Below are positions 51,705 to 61,912 of a stretch of DNA of 64,000 nt, one piece after another. Position 1 is the stretch's first letter. The number at the start of each line of letters is the position of its first letter. The notes beneath the pieces were generated by a model, which was given only the letters and a program-made list of their open reading frames with translations, ran no database searches and was not told where the DNA came from. The stretch covers positions 968-64,967 of the forward strand of contig CAYQEJ010000002.1 of NCBI GenBank assembly GCA_964416505.1, written 5' to 3'. Origin of the DNA: an uncultured Gammaproteobacteria bacterium. Its GTDB lineage: Bacteria > Patescibacteriota > Microgenomatia > Levybacterales > UBA12049. A program made the position numbers and the translations under genes.

Positions 51705-52487
51705 ATGGAAAGATCTAAAGGGATAGACCTTATTGGTGCTATTGTCGTTTTTTTTGTTCTTCTTTTTGTTTATACCAAATTTATTGGCCCAATTCCTTTT
51801 GCTATAAATAGCACAAACACTGCTACCACAGACGTCTTCCAGTCTCAAGGTAGCGGAAAAGCCTCCGCTGCTCCCGATGAAGCATTGATAAATCTTGGTG
51901 TAACATCTCAAGGATCCAATGTAGAACTAGCACAAAACCAGGCAAATGAAGCCTCCAAAAAAATAATTGACTCACTAAAAAAACAGGGAATTAGCGAAGA
52001 TGAAATTAAAACTACTAATTATTCTATTAACCCAAATTATAGTTTTTCTGGAGAATCCCAAAAAATAATAGGATATTCTGTTTCCCAGAATTTCGAAGTA
52101 AAATCTCCTATTGGAAAGACAAATCAGATTGTAGATTCTGCAACAAGTGCCGGAGCAAATATGATAGGGAATATAATATTTAAATTAAATGATGAAAAAG
52201 AAAAAGAATTAAAAAACCAAGCAAGAAAAGAAGCAGTGGATAATGCAAAAACGTCTGCCGAAGGCCTCGCAAAATCTGCAGGAATGAAATTAGGGAAAAT
52301 AATCAACATAACTGAAACAAACGGAACATCTGGTGTTCCTATGCCATTTGCGGTCGCAACAAAAGCACTAGATTCTTCTCAAGGTGGAGAAATATCATTA
52401 CAAAACTCAACAAGAGAAGTATCAAGTATCACTCCTGGGGAAAGCAATGTCGAGGTAACTGTGATACTAACTTACCAAACAAATTAA
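51705..52487 (+). CDS. SIMPL-domain (DUF541/YggE-like) membrane-anchored protein
   Basis: N-terminal TM then two-lobed SIMPL pattern (LINLGVTSQGS...IIGYSVSQNFEVK...NAKTSAEGLAKSAGMKLGKII). Confidence 0.55.
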   Translation: MERSKGIDLIGAIVVFFVLLFVYTKFIGPIPFAINSTNTATTDVFQSQGSGKASAAPDEALINLGVTSQGSNVELAQNQANEASKKIIDSLKKQGISEDEIKTTNYSINPNYSFSGESQKIIGYSVSQNFEVKSPIGKTNQIVDSATSAGANMIGNIIFKLNDEKEKELKNQARKEAVDNAKTSAEGLAKSAGMKLGKIINITETNGTSGVPMPFAVATKALDSSQGGEISLQNSTREVSSITPGESNVEVTVILTYQTN

Positions 52488-52629
52488 AATGTCCAAGGAC
52501 GAAGTTAAGTTTCAAAAAGCGTTTTTATTACAAATGAAAGCTTCTTTAAAAGGAGATTCCACAGAAGCAAGTAAAGCTCGCTCAATAGTAAATTTCTACA
52601 GAAAAAGAATAGAAGGAAAGAATTAAATA

Positions 52630-53565
52630 TTACTTATCATTTCCACTATGAAATGATCTATGTACCTCTCTTAGCTGCTTGTTTGTTATATGTGTGTAAA
52701 TTTGAGTAGTTGCAATATTTTTATGCCCCAACATTTCCTGAACACTTCTCAAATCTGCTCCATTCGTTAGAAGATCTGTTGCAAAACTGTGTCTTAATGT
52801 ATGAACGGTAGCATCCACCGGAATCCTAGTTTGGCGAACATATTTCTTAACAATCCTTTCCACACTTCTAGCAGTGAGTCTCATTCTTTCCCCATTATTT
52901 TCTTCACTTATTGCACCAGAGTAACGAATAAACATTGGTTTAAAAGGATCTTTTCGATGATTGAGGTATTTTTGTATCCAATCTGCAGCTCTATCTGAAA
53001 CGAACACAATTCTTGATCGTCTACCTTTTCCTATAATTCCAAACTCTTTTCTATCCAGATTAATCTGATCGCGATTAAGACTCACTAACTCAGACACGCG
53101 AAGTCCAGTAGAAAATAAAAGCTCCATTATAGCCCTATCCCTAACACCTTCTTCTTTAGATGTATCGGGTGCTGTAACGAGTCTCTCAACCTGATCTCTT
53201 TCCAAAAACTTAAGAGACCTACTTTCCGTTTTAGGTAAATCTATCTTTGAAGGCTCGAGAGTTTTCTGATCATTTTTTATAAGAAATCTTAAGAACGAGC
53301 GGAGCGCTATTATGTAATAATTCTGAGTAACCCTCTTAAGACCTGCGCCTTTTTCATCTGTCTTATTTGAAAGAAATACTCTGTATTTTCTTATATCAGA
53401 AAGCTCTATATTTTCAAGATTTTTATTTGGTATGTTATCCAAATACCACAGCTTAAATATTTCTAGGTAATGCCTGTAGTCTCTAATAGTAAGCTTGCTG
53501 CAGTTTTTTTCTATTTCTAAATATTCTAGAAAATCTTGAGTTAGCTTTGTAAGTTTTTCATCCAT
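52630..53565 (-). CDS. tyrosine site-specific recombinase (XerC/XerD-like)
   Basis: Core-binding N-domain. Catalytic R...HxxR...Y with RHSFATDLLTNGADLRSVQEMLGHKNIATTQIYTHI. A TTAGCCTC motif lies 19 nt upstream of the start. Confidence 0.8.
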   Translation of the reverse strand: MDEKLTKLTQDFLEYLEIEKNCSKLTIRDYRHYLEIFKLWYLDNIPNKNLENIELSDIRKYRVFLSNKTDEKGAGLKRVTQNYYIIALRSFLRFLIKNDQKTLEPSKIDLPKTESRSLKFLERDQVERLVTAPDTSKEEGVRDRAIMELLFSTGLRVSELVSLNRDQINLDRKEFGIIGKGRRSRIVFVSDRAADWIQKYLNHRKDPFKPMFIRYSGAISEENNGERMRLTARSVERIVKKYVRQTRIPVDATVHTLRHSFATDLLTNGADLRSVQEMLGHKNIATTQIYTHITNKQLREVHRSFHSGNDK

Positions 53566-53848
53566 AATAAATTAATTTAAATTCGAGGCTAATTTTTTAA
53601 AAAAAGAGTCATTAGCAGAAGGAAGGGGAGAGTGCCACGTTTGAAATTTTTCTATATCGAAGTGGATCAAAGAATATCTGATTTTTTTAAACATTTGGAC
53701 AGAGAATAAAAATTAAAAAGTTCAGTGATGCCAATCCATTTTACGACATACACGCGTCGTAAAATAAAATGAATAAAGCAACATTATAAATTTATTATAC
53801 GACGTGAATAATTGATAAGTCAACTGATTTTATTTATAATATGCGACT

Positions 53849-54214
53849 ATGTCATTAGAAGCAATGAATCCAACAGATAAAAAGATAAACCCAAAAATCT
53901 TATCTAGAGCAATTGATGCTTCCATAGCAAGATTAACCGGAAGTCAAATAGTAGAGCCCGGAACAACAATTCATTTTAACGGGAGATACTTTGGAAGCCA
54001 TAAAATTGATTCATCAGGTGAAACTGCACATTTCTATGAAGGACCAGATTTCTCTGATTTTAGGACAAGAAGAGGCTTCATCGTTCAGGGAAAAAAACTG
54101 GAAGGATACTCATACCAAACAGGAACTGACATATTAACCAAATATCCTATTCGTCCAATTGATGCAATACGGATGCTTGATACTATCCCAAACATGACCC
54201 CTAAATCGCGTTAA
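53849..54214 (+). CDS. hypothetical protein (121 aa)
   Basis: ORF inside the candidate element. GC above local background. Confidence 0.35.
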   Translation: MSLEAMNPTDKKINPKILSRAIDASIARLTGSQIVEPGTTIHFNGRYFGSHKIDSSGETAHFYEGPDFSDFRTRRGFIVQGKKLEGYSYQTGTDILTKYPIRPIDAIRMLDTIPNMTPKSR

Positions 54215-54254
54215 TTTGTTTGCATTATAAAAATTGTAATGTTATAAATTATGC

Positions 54255-54938
54255 ATGGAACATTCTGGCGACAGACCCATACCAAACATAAGAGAAAGCT
54301 CTTCGAGCTCAGGAACTACGGGTGAAGTAATACCTCCTCAGCAAGTCCCGACTGCAAAATCAGTAAATCAAGATTTATCCTCAGTTAGAGGCAATTTATC
54401 GAGCCTACAAGCCCCTACGATTAGTTTAGAGGGGTTTAATTTTAGATTTACTACTGATACTCCTTCTAAAGTTGATCAACCTAAAGGATTCGCTGGAAAA
54501 GTTGTTAGTTCTCTAAGAAAATTAAAGGACATATTAGTTGTTAACGATAAACCGGTTCCAATCGAACAGTTAGACGAAAGAACTGTTGCTTACTTGATAC
54601 TGACTAATCAAAGAAATGTTCTCAGAGGATCCAACCCAACACTAATACAACCGTTTAATGCTGCTGATATTCTCAGAGATGCTGGATATATTGCTTTAAA
54701 TCCAAACGCAGATTATGAATCCAAATGGCCAGCTCCCTATACAAGAGCCCTACATGTCCTACGATCTCTTCGGGATAATGGTGCTATAGAATTTCTAGAA
54801 CCTGATCAAGATCATGCCCACCGAAATCCAGGATACCGAGTACTTCCTGAGCAAGCTCCACTCCTTATGGAGCTAGCTAAAACAGCCAGCCAGACAGATA
54901 AAAGATTTGATCCTAAAAGCCTAACACCTTTAAAATAG
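54255..54938 (+). CDS. hypothetical protein (227 aa)
   Basis: ORF inside the candidate element. Confidence 0.35.
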   Translation: MEHSGDRPIPNIRESSSSSGTTGEVIPPQQVPTAKSVNQDLSSVRGNLSSLQAPTISLEGFNFRFTTDTPSKVDQPKGFAGKVVSSLRKLKDILVVNDKPVPIEQLDERTVAYLILTNQRNVLRGSNPTLIQPFNAADILRDAGYIALNPNADYESKWPAPYTRALHVLRSLRDNGAIEFLEPDQDHAHRNPGYRVLPEQAPLLMELAKTASQTDKRFDPKSLTPLK

Positions 54939-55886
54939 ACCTCTCCATGCGTAGATGAGTACGATAGTATTCAAATTTTAGCTTCATTTAGCCTCAAAAT
55001 AATTTATTTCATAAAACCTATAGCGGGGGATAGCAGAAAAATTAAGCAATTGGAAAATATAGAGAGAAATCCATGCCAATAATAAAACGAAATTTAAAAA
55101 TTTAAATAAAATGGAGAAAAAAATTGGTAAGGAAAATGGGTCTTCTCCGGGAATTTAGCCTCCGTGACGTCGTAAAAGTATTATTCTACGACATAATCAA
55201 TCTATACTTCCTAGTGCCTAATTTGTCCAAATTTTGTTATAGAAAGACATCTAGAGGAACGTAGTAAATATTCCTACTCTTATTGCTTAAGTAATACCTC
55301 TTCCTTTCCTAAGTAAACGATAATATCTATAAATTAGCCTATGTTACAAAGCCCCTCCTCTGAGTTATCCACATGTGTTTTATTTAGCTTGTTAAATCAA
55401 TCTAATCGCATTATTTTAGCCTCAAAATATAACAAGAAATAACGTTCGTATTTTTTTCGATTTGAAAACAACAAGGTATTAAAACGAGGAGGAAGTACTA
55501 GCGCATGAAGTATAATCTTAGGGATAATTACCGAGATTCAGCTCCGTGTCAATTAACCATACACCACTCTCCATAAGAGATATGAGCGTGTCCACAGGCT
55601 CGTGAAAATTTACTTAAAAGCTCGTGAAATTACGACATGAGACCATTTTTTACCCATAAATATGTCCTATAATATTTAACTAAATATATCAAACTATATC
55701 ATCACTACCTGTATCAAACTATATCATTTAGCCACAACACCCTCTCCTCTTCCCTGTCTTCAGTTGACCATTTTTTTATAAACAAATTTAGCCTCAAATT
55801 ATGCGTAAATAATTAATTCCCACTTAGCCTCTAAATCAATTTAAATATAAGGGTTTGTAGCTTAAAATCTCTTCTCCACTTTCCTA

Positions 55887-56690
55887 TTATGTCCAGGAGG
55901 TAAAAAACACAAGAACGATAAAAACAAATACAGCTACCCAAATGTACTCCCAAAGCACAGATTTGAATAATCTCTTTTCAAACCATAAGTGAGACAAACC
56001 AACAATTATATAAAAAAATCCAGTTAGAAAAAGAGATATAACTAATGGTTTACTTGGCCAAAACCATAAAAGAAAAGACATCTCGGTAAGAGTGATACTT
56101 AAAAATGCGCTCCAAATGATTTCGTTTTTTATTTTCTTTTCTAAGGTATAAGTCCATAACGAATGAACAATTAAAAAGAAAGAGTATGAAAATATCAATG
56201 GAAGTATTATGAAAAAGCTCAACTGAGAACTAAAAATAGTATTTGTGAAAAAGGCATAGATAAAAATAGATAACACGAACGATACTGTTCTCGCACTAGA
56301 TAAAAGTGCAATAGTTCTAACAGATGAAACCGTGAAAATGTTCTGACTTAAGTATGCAGAATATAACCCAACTGCATATAAAACAGTCAAAAATGATTGC
56401 ACTAAAAGCCGTGGGGGTAGTGAAAAGTAAAACAAACCAAAAGCCAATGTAAAAGCAAAAGGAAGTATCAAAACCTGCGGTGAAAAATTTTCTTTAAATT
56501 CTTTTTTAAGTGCCCAATAAAGAAAAACATCTGTCAGAAAAGATAAGAAAACTACGAAGTATATACCGAGACTTGTTAAGAAATGTTCAACTAAAAAAAG
56601 ACTAACTGATAAAATTATTACACCTGTAACGAATCTTTGTCTTTTAGTTAGGAAGTTTTTTCTAAAAGAAGACAAAAATTTAATTTTCAT
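55887..56690 (-). CDS. polytopic membrane protein (hypothetical)
   Basis: At least 8 predicted TM helices. Co-directional with yebC. Confidence 0.45.
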   Translation of the reverse strand: MKIKFLSSFRKNFLTKRQRFVTGVIILSVSLFLVEHFLTSLGIYFVVFLSFLTDVFLYWALKKEFKENFSPQVLILPFAFTLAFGLFYFSLPPRLLVQSFLTVLYAVGLYSAYLSQNIFTVSSVRTIALLSSARTVSFVLSIFIYAFFTNTIFSSQLSFFIILPLIFSYSFFLIVHSLWTYTLEKKIKNEIIWSAFLSITLTEMSFLLWFWPSKPLVISLFLTGFFYIIVGLSHLWFEKRLFKSVLWEYIWVAVFVFIVLVFFTSWT

Positions 56691-57431
56691 TTAAAGACTA
56701 ATATTTGAGTATACCTTTTGCACGTCATCCATATCTTCGAGAGCAGATAAGAAATTAATAATTTTTTCCTTTTCTTCCTCGCCTACACTTACTGTGTTTT
56801 TTGGTTTTCTGGAAATTTCCGCTCCTGTAATTTCAAACCCAAGCTTTGATAATTCTTCCTTTATTCTCGCTAGATCAGAAATCTCCGTATAAATCGATGC
56901 CTCTTCCCCATTATCTTCAACGTCCAATGCTCCAAGCTCTGCGGAAGCCATAAAAATATCATCTATTGATTTATCGTTTTTTTTAATAGTTATCTCACCT
57001 TTCTGATCAAACTGATAAGCTACAGATCCAGGCCCAGCGAAACTTGCTCCTGACTTATTGAATAAACTTTTTACCTCAGAGGTAGTTCTATTAGTATTAT
57101 CCGTTACCGCTTCCACCATTACAGAAACTCCCCCAGGAGCAAAACCCTCGTAAGTAAGCTCAGTCAAATCCCCTGCTTCTTTACTTGTAGCTCTAGCAAT
57201 TGCTCTTTCTATATTGTCTTTCGGCATGTTAGCGCCTCTCGCTAATTCAATTGCTAGTCTAAGCCTTGGATTCTGATCTGGATCACCTACTCCTCCACCC
57301 TGCTTAACGGCAATTGTGATAGCGTTTGAAATTTTTGTAAAAGTAGCTCCTCGCTTTGCATCTGCTACTCCTTTTTGTCTTTTAATTGTCGACCATTTAG
57401 AATGACCACTCATAGGCATATATTTTACCAT
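56691..57431 (-). CDS. yebC: YebC/PmpR-family transcriptional regulator
   Basis: MSGHSKWSTIKRQKGVADAKRGATFTK N-terminus is the family signature. Confidence 0.85.
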   Translation of the reverse strand: MVKYMPMSGHSKWSTIKRQKGVADAKRGATFTKISNAITIAVKQGGGVGDPDQNPRLRLAIELARGANMPKDNIERAIARATSKEAGDLTELTYEGFAPGGVSVMVEAVTDNTNRTTSEVKSLFNKSGASFAGPGSVAYQFDQKGEITIKKNDKSIDDIFMASAELGALDVEDNGEEASIYTEISDLARIKEELSKLGFEITGAEISRKPKNTVSVGEEEKEKIINFLSALEDMDDVQKVYSNISL

Positions 57432-57485
57432 TTGATTATTGACTTTTGCAATTTGTAATAGTAAAATTTTTCAATTAAATCCTCA

Positions 57486-58169
57486 ATGAAAATTACTTCT
57501 AATGATGCAATTCAAGCCACGCTTAACGGTAATTGGGACGAAGCTATAAAACTTAATAAAAGTCTTCTGGAAGATAATCCTAAAGATGTTGCAGCCCTTA
57601 ATAGAATGGGACTAGCTTATGTGATTCTTGGGAAAAGTAAGTCCGCGAAGGATGTATTTAGTAAAGTTTTGGAAATTGACCCTCTGAATTCAATTGCAAT
57701 AAAAAACTTAAGTAAAATCAAATCAGACTCTTCAGATGATGGAGAAACAATAACAGTGAATGTAAATAACATATTTATTGAAGAGACTGGAAAAACAAAA
57801 GTAGTAGAATTAATAAATCTAGCTCAAGCTGAAATTCTCGTATCCCTGAGAACAGGACAATCACTTGACCTATCAACGAAAAGATTAAAAGTATTCATCT
57901 CTCAAGGAAAAAAATATATAGGAGTTTTACCTGATGACATAGGAAAAAGACTAATTAAATTTATTAATGGCGGAAATAAATATGAAGCATTTGTAAAATC
58001 AGCAAATCATCAAAACGTAACTATATTTCTTAGAGAATTAAAAAGAGCCACTAAATTTAAAGATCAACCATCATTTCTTCACGCGATTGAAAAAAAGCTT
58101 AGTATCAAAAAAACAAACAAGAAAAGTAAAGATGATTACGATGATGAATCTGGTGAATCAGAGGAATAA
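57486..58169 (+). CDS. TPR-repeat protein
   Basis: N-terminal TPR-like helices (AIKLNKSLLEDNPKDVAALNRMGLAYVILGKSKSAKDVFSKVLEIDPLNSIAI). Acidic C-terminus. Confidence 0.5.
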   Translation: MKITSNDAIQATLNGNWDEAIKLNKSLLEDNPKDVAALNRMGLAYVILGKSKSAKDVFSKVLEIDPLNSIAIKNLSKIKSDSSDDGETITVNVNNIFIEETGKTKVVELINLAQAEILVSLRTGQSLDLSTKRLKVFISQGKKYIGVLPDDIGKRLIKFINGGNKYEAFVKSANHQNVTIFLRELKRATKFKDQPSFLHAIEKKLSIKKTNKKSKDDYDDESGESEE

Positions 58170-58300
58170 TAAATCACTTTTCCTTTTTTTAAATCATCTC
58201 TAACTTCCTTCACTTCTTTTTTATTTTTTTCTTTTTTTAACGAAATCATGGCTAATATGACTGATATTAAAAAAATAGCAGCAACAAAAACGTAAATCAT
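58136..58300 (-). CDS. small membrane protein (54 aa), translationally coupled
   Basis: GGGGGAGG then ATG with 4-nt spacer. ATGA overlap with the upstream gene stop. MIYVFVAAIFLISVILAMISL TM. Confidence 0.3.
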   Translation of the reverse strand: MIYVFVAAIFLISVILAMISLKKEKNKKEVKEVRDDLKKGKVIYYSSDSPDSSS

Positions 58301-59082
58301 AAATCCTCCCCCTTATCCTTCCCTATTACTATCACTATTTGAGCAATTGAGCTAGCTTTTTTCTTTTCTGTTTTCATTTTCAAAATCTTTGACAATTTTC
58401 TTACTGTGTAACTATCATTTTCAAAATAAATTATCGATTCGGTTTGCTGGTCTTTCGAATTGTTCACCAATACCACTGCTCCTCCTAGATTTGAAACCAT
58501 TGAGGCAACTCTATTCCCCAATCCTCCTATCTGAGTAGAATTAGTAATCTGAATATCTATTTTTTCCTTTGCTAACTCTTGATCTTCAAATTTCTCTGAA
58601 GAAATATTTGCCAGACTCTGAACTTCATCTTTTTCTATTTTTTCCCTCTCAAACTTATCGCTCCCCACTCCAAGCGAATACATACTTAATTTGAATAAAT
58701 CCCAAACATTAATATCACCATTAATTTTTCTTTTATTTATCAACATTCTCAAGAAGATTAATTTCGAATCTGGTGAAAAATGAGATTTTGTTTTTACATA
58801 AGAATCAATCGGTATGGAATATGCCTTTGTGGGATCATTTAAGATCTCGCCTTCAATATTAATATTTAGCTGCTGTCCTTCGCTAGGTAAAACAGTGTAG
58901 ATGTCCCAATCATTATTATTTACAACAGCAACAGTAAATCGGTGCTTACTATCAAATTTACTTTTTCGCACCAAGTCAAAAGCTTTAAATAAAACTGAAA
59001 TTATTATTATTAGAAGTACTAAAAGACCAAAGTATAAAGCTAAATTTATACTCTTCACTTCTCCATTCTTCGATTTTCTCAT
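58297..59082 (-). CDS. membrane-anchored LytR_C-domain (LCP-associated) protein
   Basis: TM anchor. C-terminal IQITNSTQIGGLGNRVASMVSNLGGAVV resembles the LytR C-terminal domain. Start ATG at 59082 overlaps the upstream stop (TAATG). Confidence 0.5.
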   Translation of the reverse strand: MRKSKNGEVKSINLALYFGLLVLLIIIISVLFKAFDLVRKSKFDSKHRFTVAVVNNNDWDIYTVLPSEGQQLNINIEGEILNDPTKAYSIPIDSYVKTKSHFSPDSKLIFLRMLINKRKINGDINVWDLFKLSMYSLGVGSDKFEREKIEKDEVQSLANISSEKFEDQELAKEKIDIQITNSTQIGGLGNRVASMVSNLGGAVVLVNNSKDQQTESIIYFENDSYTVRKLSKILKMKTEKKKASSIAQIVIVIGKDKGEDL

Positions 59083-59216
59083 TACCAATCTTTCTTTTTC
59101 TTGGAGATTAATTCGGGCATAACATATGTTGGAGCTGTTGAGATTCCTCCTTTATTGTCCTTGCCCTTTTTAGGTTTTTTCTTCTCTCCTTTATAAAATC
59201 CACCAAATCCTGGCAT
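59082..59216 (-). CDS. small basic protein (44 aa) with consensus RBS
   Basis: AAGGAGGTG, 5-nt spacer, ATG. MPGFGGFYKGEKKKPKKGKDNKGG... Stop overlaps the next start. Confidence 0.35.
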   Translation of the reverse strand: MPGFGGFYKGEKKKPKKGKDNKGGISTAPTYVMPELISKKKKDW

Positions 59217-59240
59217 AATTTCACCTCCTTAATTAGTTTA

Positions 59241-59969
59241 TCAATTAGATGTTGTTGAAATCAACTTTAAAAATTTCTCTAGTTCTGGACTTAATTCACT
59301 TTTATAATGAACCTTCTCATTTGTTTTTGGATCCAAAAAATCTATTTGCTCCGCATGAAGAAATATCCTACCCAAGTTCTTTCTATCATCACGAGAAACT
59401 TTTCTCCCTCCATACAAAGGATCCGAATAAATCGGGTAATTTAAATGTTTTAAATGTACTCTTATCTGATGCGTTCTACCTGTTTTAGGAAATAACCTAA
59501 CAAGACTTAAAATTTCATTTTTGAATTTGTAATATTTGATAACCTCGTATTTAGTTAACGCCTCCCTACCACCAGCCAAAACTCCAAACCTCATTCTATT
59601 CCAAGGAAGTCTACCAATTGGAGCATTTACTTCTCCATTTTTTGGTTTAATTTCTCCATGCGCTAAAGCTACATATGATTTACCAACTAATCTATCTTTA
59701 AATTGCTTCTGAATTGCTCTAAAAGAAAAAGAGTTTTTAGCAATTATTAATATTCCTGATGTTTCTTTATCAAGCCTATGAACAATTCCGGATCTATCTA
59801 TAAACTCAGCATCCTCACTATTTGTATCAATTTTTTTTGAATGATTTATTAAATCTTGTAAAGTTTCTTCGTTATTTGTAGTATCGGATTTATTAACAGT
59901 AATCCCAGCTTGTTTTTCAATGATAAAATAATCATCATTTTCAAACAAAATTTTTAATTTATTTTCCAT
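59241..59969 (-). CDS. RluA-family pseudouridine synthase
   Basis: Catalytic HRLDKETSGILIIAKN motif with Asp. Confidence 0.8.
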   Translation of the reverse strand: MENKLKILFENDDYFIIEKQAGITVNKSDTTNNEETLQDLINHSKKIDTNSEDAEFIDRSGIVHRLDKETSGILIIAKNSFSFRAIQKQFKDRLVGKSYVALAHGEIKPKNGEVNAPIGRLPWNRMRFGVLAGGREALTKYEVIKYYKFKNEILSLVRLFPKTGRTHQIRVHLKHLNYPIYSDPLYGGRKVSRDDRKNLGRIFLHAEQIDFLDPKTNEKVHYKSELSPELEKFLKLISTTSN

Positions 59970-60657
59970 TTTTTATAGATATTCTCCCGGTTAATTCTTG
60001 CTTAATTATTGTGATTATCGAAACTATTAAAATCCCCAATAGAATAAAATTTTCTTTATGATTTATAAAATAATTTACTCCCGGATTATCGATTGCCATA
60101 GAGAGAAGCGAAATTAATGAAAAGAATGCGAGAAACAGCGCTCCGGTAGTACCATCTTTTATTTCAAGTGAACGAGCTTTAGGATACAGGTATATATTTG
60201 ACGCTATTAATATTAAGCAATACAAAACAAACTTTACATTGGTCCCAAGAGAAAAATTTTGAGAAAGAAGAAAATATCCTAAAAATCCAAAAGGAATTAC
60301 AAAAATAAATGAAATTGAGAAAAAATCAAATATCCTTCCCATAGATATTTTTTTTCGCCTACAAAAAAGGTAAATTGAAATTATTCCTCCAATTACCGCG
60401 CCGGTCATAGAAAGCCCTGGAAAATATGGAAATAATATAAAACCTAAAGGGTTTAAAAAAACTTGACTCGGATTCATAAAAACAAAAAATATTCTTGATA
60501 CGATCAATGATATAAATGCTGTTACGAATACTGCATTAAAAACATCTTCAACAGAAATATTTTTTTTAACTAAAAAAGAATCGTCTATGGCAAGATGATA
60601 AATTCTATACAAATATAAAACTATACAAATTAACAAAACAAAAATAAAAAACTGCAT
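59959..60657 (-). CDS. prolipoprotein diacylglyceryl transferase-like membrane protein (short)
   Basis: Polytopic. SMTGAVIGGIISIYLFCRRKKISMGRIFDF resembles the Lgt G-box region. The GNFINGE-like motif was not clearly found. Confidence 0.45.
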   Translation of the reverse strand: MQFFIFVLLICIVLYLYRIYHLAIDDSFLVKKNISVEDVFNAVFVTAFISLIVSRIFFVFMNPSQVFLNPLGFILFPYFPGLSMTGAVIGGIISIYLFCRRKKISMGRIFDFFSISFIFVIPFGFLGYFLLSQNFSLGTNVKFVLYCLILIASNIYLYPKARSLEIKDGTTGALFLAFFSLISLLSMAIDNPGVNYFINHKENFILLGILIVSIITIIKQELTGRISIKNGK

Positions 60658-60658
60658 A

Positions 60659-61909
60659 TTACTTATATTTAAGTATTCTTAAGAGCGCTACTGCGATAAC
60701 ACTCATCCCTATTAATGTAATTACCCTAGAAATCCCAATAAAATCAGCAAGGGCACCAACTCCTAAAACAGGAATTATCGACACAATTCCAACTAACGTA
60801 TTCAATGATCCGTAAATTTTACCACGTTGTTTATCTGTAGTCTCTTCCTGAATAAGTGTATTCGAAGGAACAAAAACCAAAGAAAATGCAAAACCAACAA
60901 TCACAGCTAAGGTAACCATAATATGAATATCAGTAATGTGTAGAAAAACTGGAACTAAGGAATTTATTTTTTGAACAAACTCTCTTGAGGTTACCAAATA
61001 GCCATAAGGAAAAAGAAGAATCACAAAACCTATAATTAAAAGTCCGATTTTAGCTAATGTTTGTTTGGACTTTTTATGCCAGAAATTACCAATAAGAACT
61101 GCCCCTATGCTCATTCCTATCACTGCGGGGGTAACAAAAAGTATTGGAAATTTTTCTACTTCAATATGCAAAATGTTTTCAGCATAACCAGGACCTATAA
61201 CTGCTATTATCAATATTAAAGTTTGAAGAAGAGTTAACAAAAACAAAGAATGATATACATTATTTTTCTTTGCCATTAACGAAAAAGCATCCCTCACCTC
61301 TTCAAGAATATTTATCTTAACTTTCTCTGAATTATTTTTTTTAAATTTAATCAAATATGCAAAGAGTGCGGAAAGAAAAAATAGAATCGTAATTAATCCG
61401 AATACATTCTTCTCCCCTAACACCAATAGAAGCGGGCCAGATAATGCATAAGCAACTATAATTGATCCAAATATTCCCATACTAAAAAGTGCATTTGCAC
61501 TTATTAAATTTCGCTTAGGTACCAAAAGAGGAATTATTGGTGTCTCTGCAGGAATAAAAAATTGAGTTATTAAAGAAATTAAAAAGCTTAAAAAATACAC
61601 AAGAAAAAGTTCACCAGAAATAAAAATCAATGGAAAACTTGCTAAAGCACGCAGAAGATTTGTATAAACTAAAACATGTTTTTTATTCCATTTATCAACA
61701 TAAACACCTGCAATTATTCCAAATAATATTGACGGCAGAGTGAAAGATAAAACTACGCCTGCAACAGCAACATTTGATTTAGATAACTGAAAAACCACAA
61801 TTAACAAAATGAAATTCAATAAATTCATTGCAAACTGTGAGAAAAATTCAGAAATAAGAAGATACAAAAAGGATGGAATAGAAAGAACCTTTAAAAAGGG
61901 GTTGGACAT
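60659..61909 (-). CDS. MFS-family transporter
   Basis: 12 predicted TM helices in a 6+6 arrangement with a central loop. Confidence 0.65.
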   Translation of the reverse strand: MSNPFLKVLSIPSFLYLLISEFFSQFAMNLLNFILLIVVFQLSKSNVAVAGVVLSFTLPSILFGIIAGVYVDKWNKKHVLVYTNLLRALASFPLIFISGELFLVYFLSFLISLITQFFIPAETPIIPLLVPKRNLISANALFSMGIFGSIIVAYALSGPLLLVLGEKNVFGLITILFFLSALFAYLIKFKKNNSEKVKINILEEVRDAFSLMAKKNNVYHSLFLLTLLQTLILIIAVIGPGYAENILHIEVEKFPILFVTPAVIGMSIGAVLIGNFWHKKSKQTLAKIGLLIIGFVILLFPYGYLVTSREFVQKINSLVPVFLHITDIHIMVTLAVIVGFAFSLVFVPSNTLIQEETTDKQRGKIYGSLNTLVGIVSIIPVLGVGALADFIGISRVITLIGMSVIAVALLRILKYK

Positions 61910-61912
61910 AAA

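Larger units (their letters stand above)
53741..55199. mobile_element. candidate ~1.5-kb mini-element bounded by TACGAC-type terminal repeats, cargo = two hypothetical genes
   Basis: Left end TTACGACATACACGCGTCGTAA...TATACGACGTGAATA (53741-53811). Right end GTGACGTCGTAAAAG...TCTACGACATAATC (55164-55199) shares TACGACAT direct and TACGACGT(G/C)A inverted segments. Adjacent to the recombinase. Confidence 0.3.

Noticed and set aside
55365-55373. Perfect DnaA box TTATCCACA, which could hint at oriC
   Set aside because: Only a single consensus box was seen, and dnaA/dnaN are not in the window. This is insufficient to call an origin, so it is mentioned only as context.
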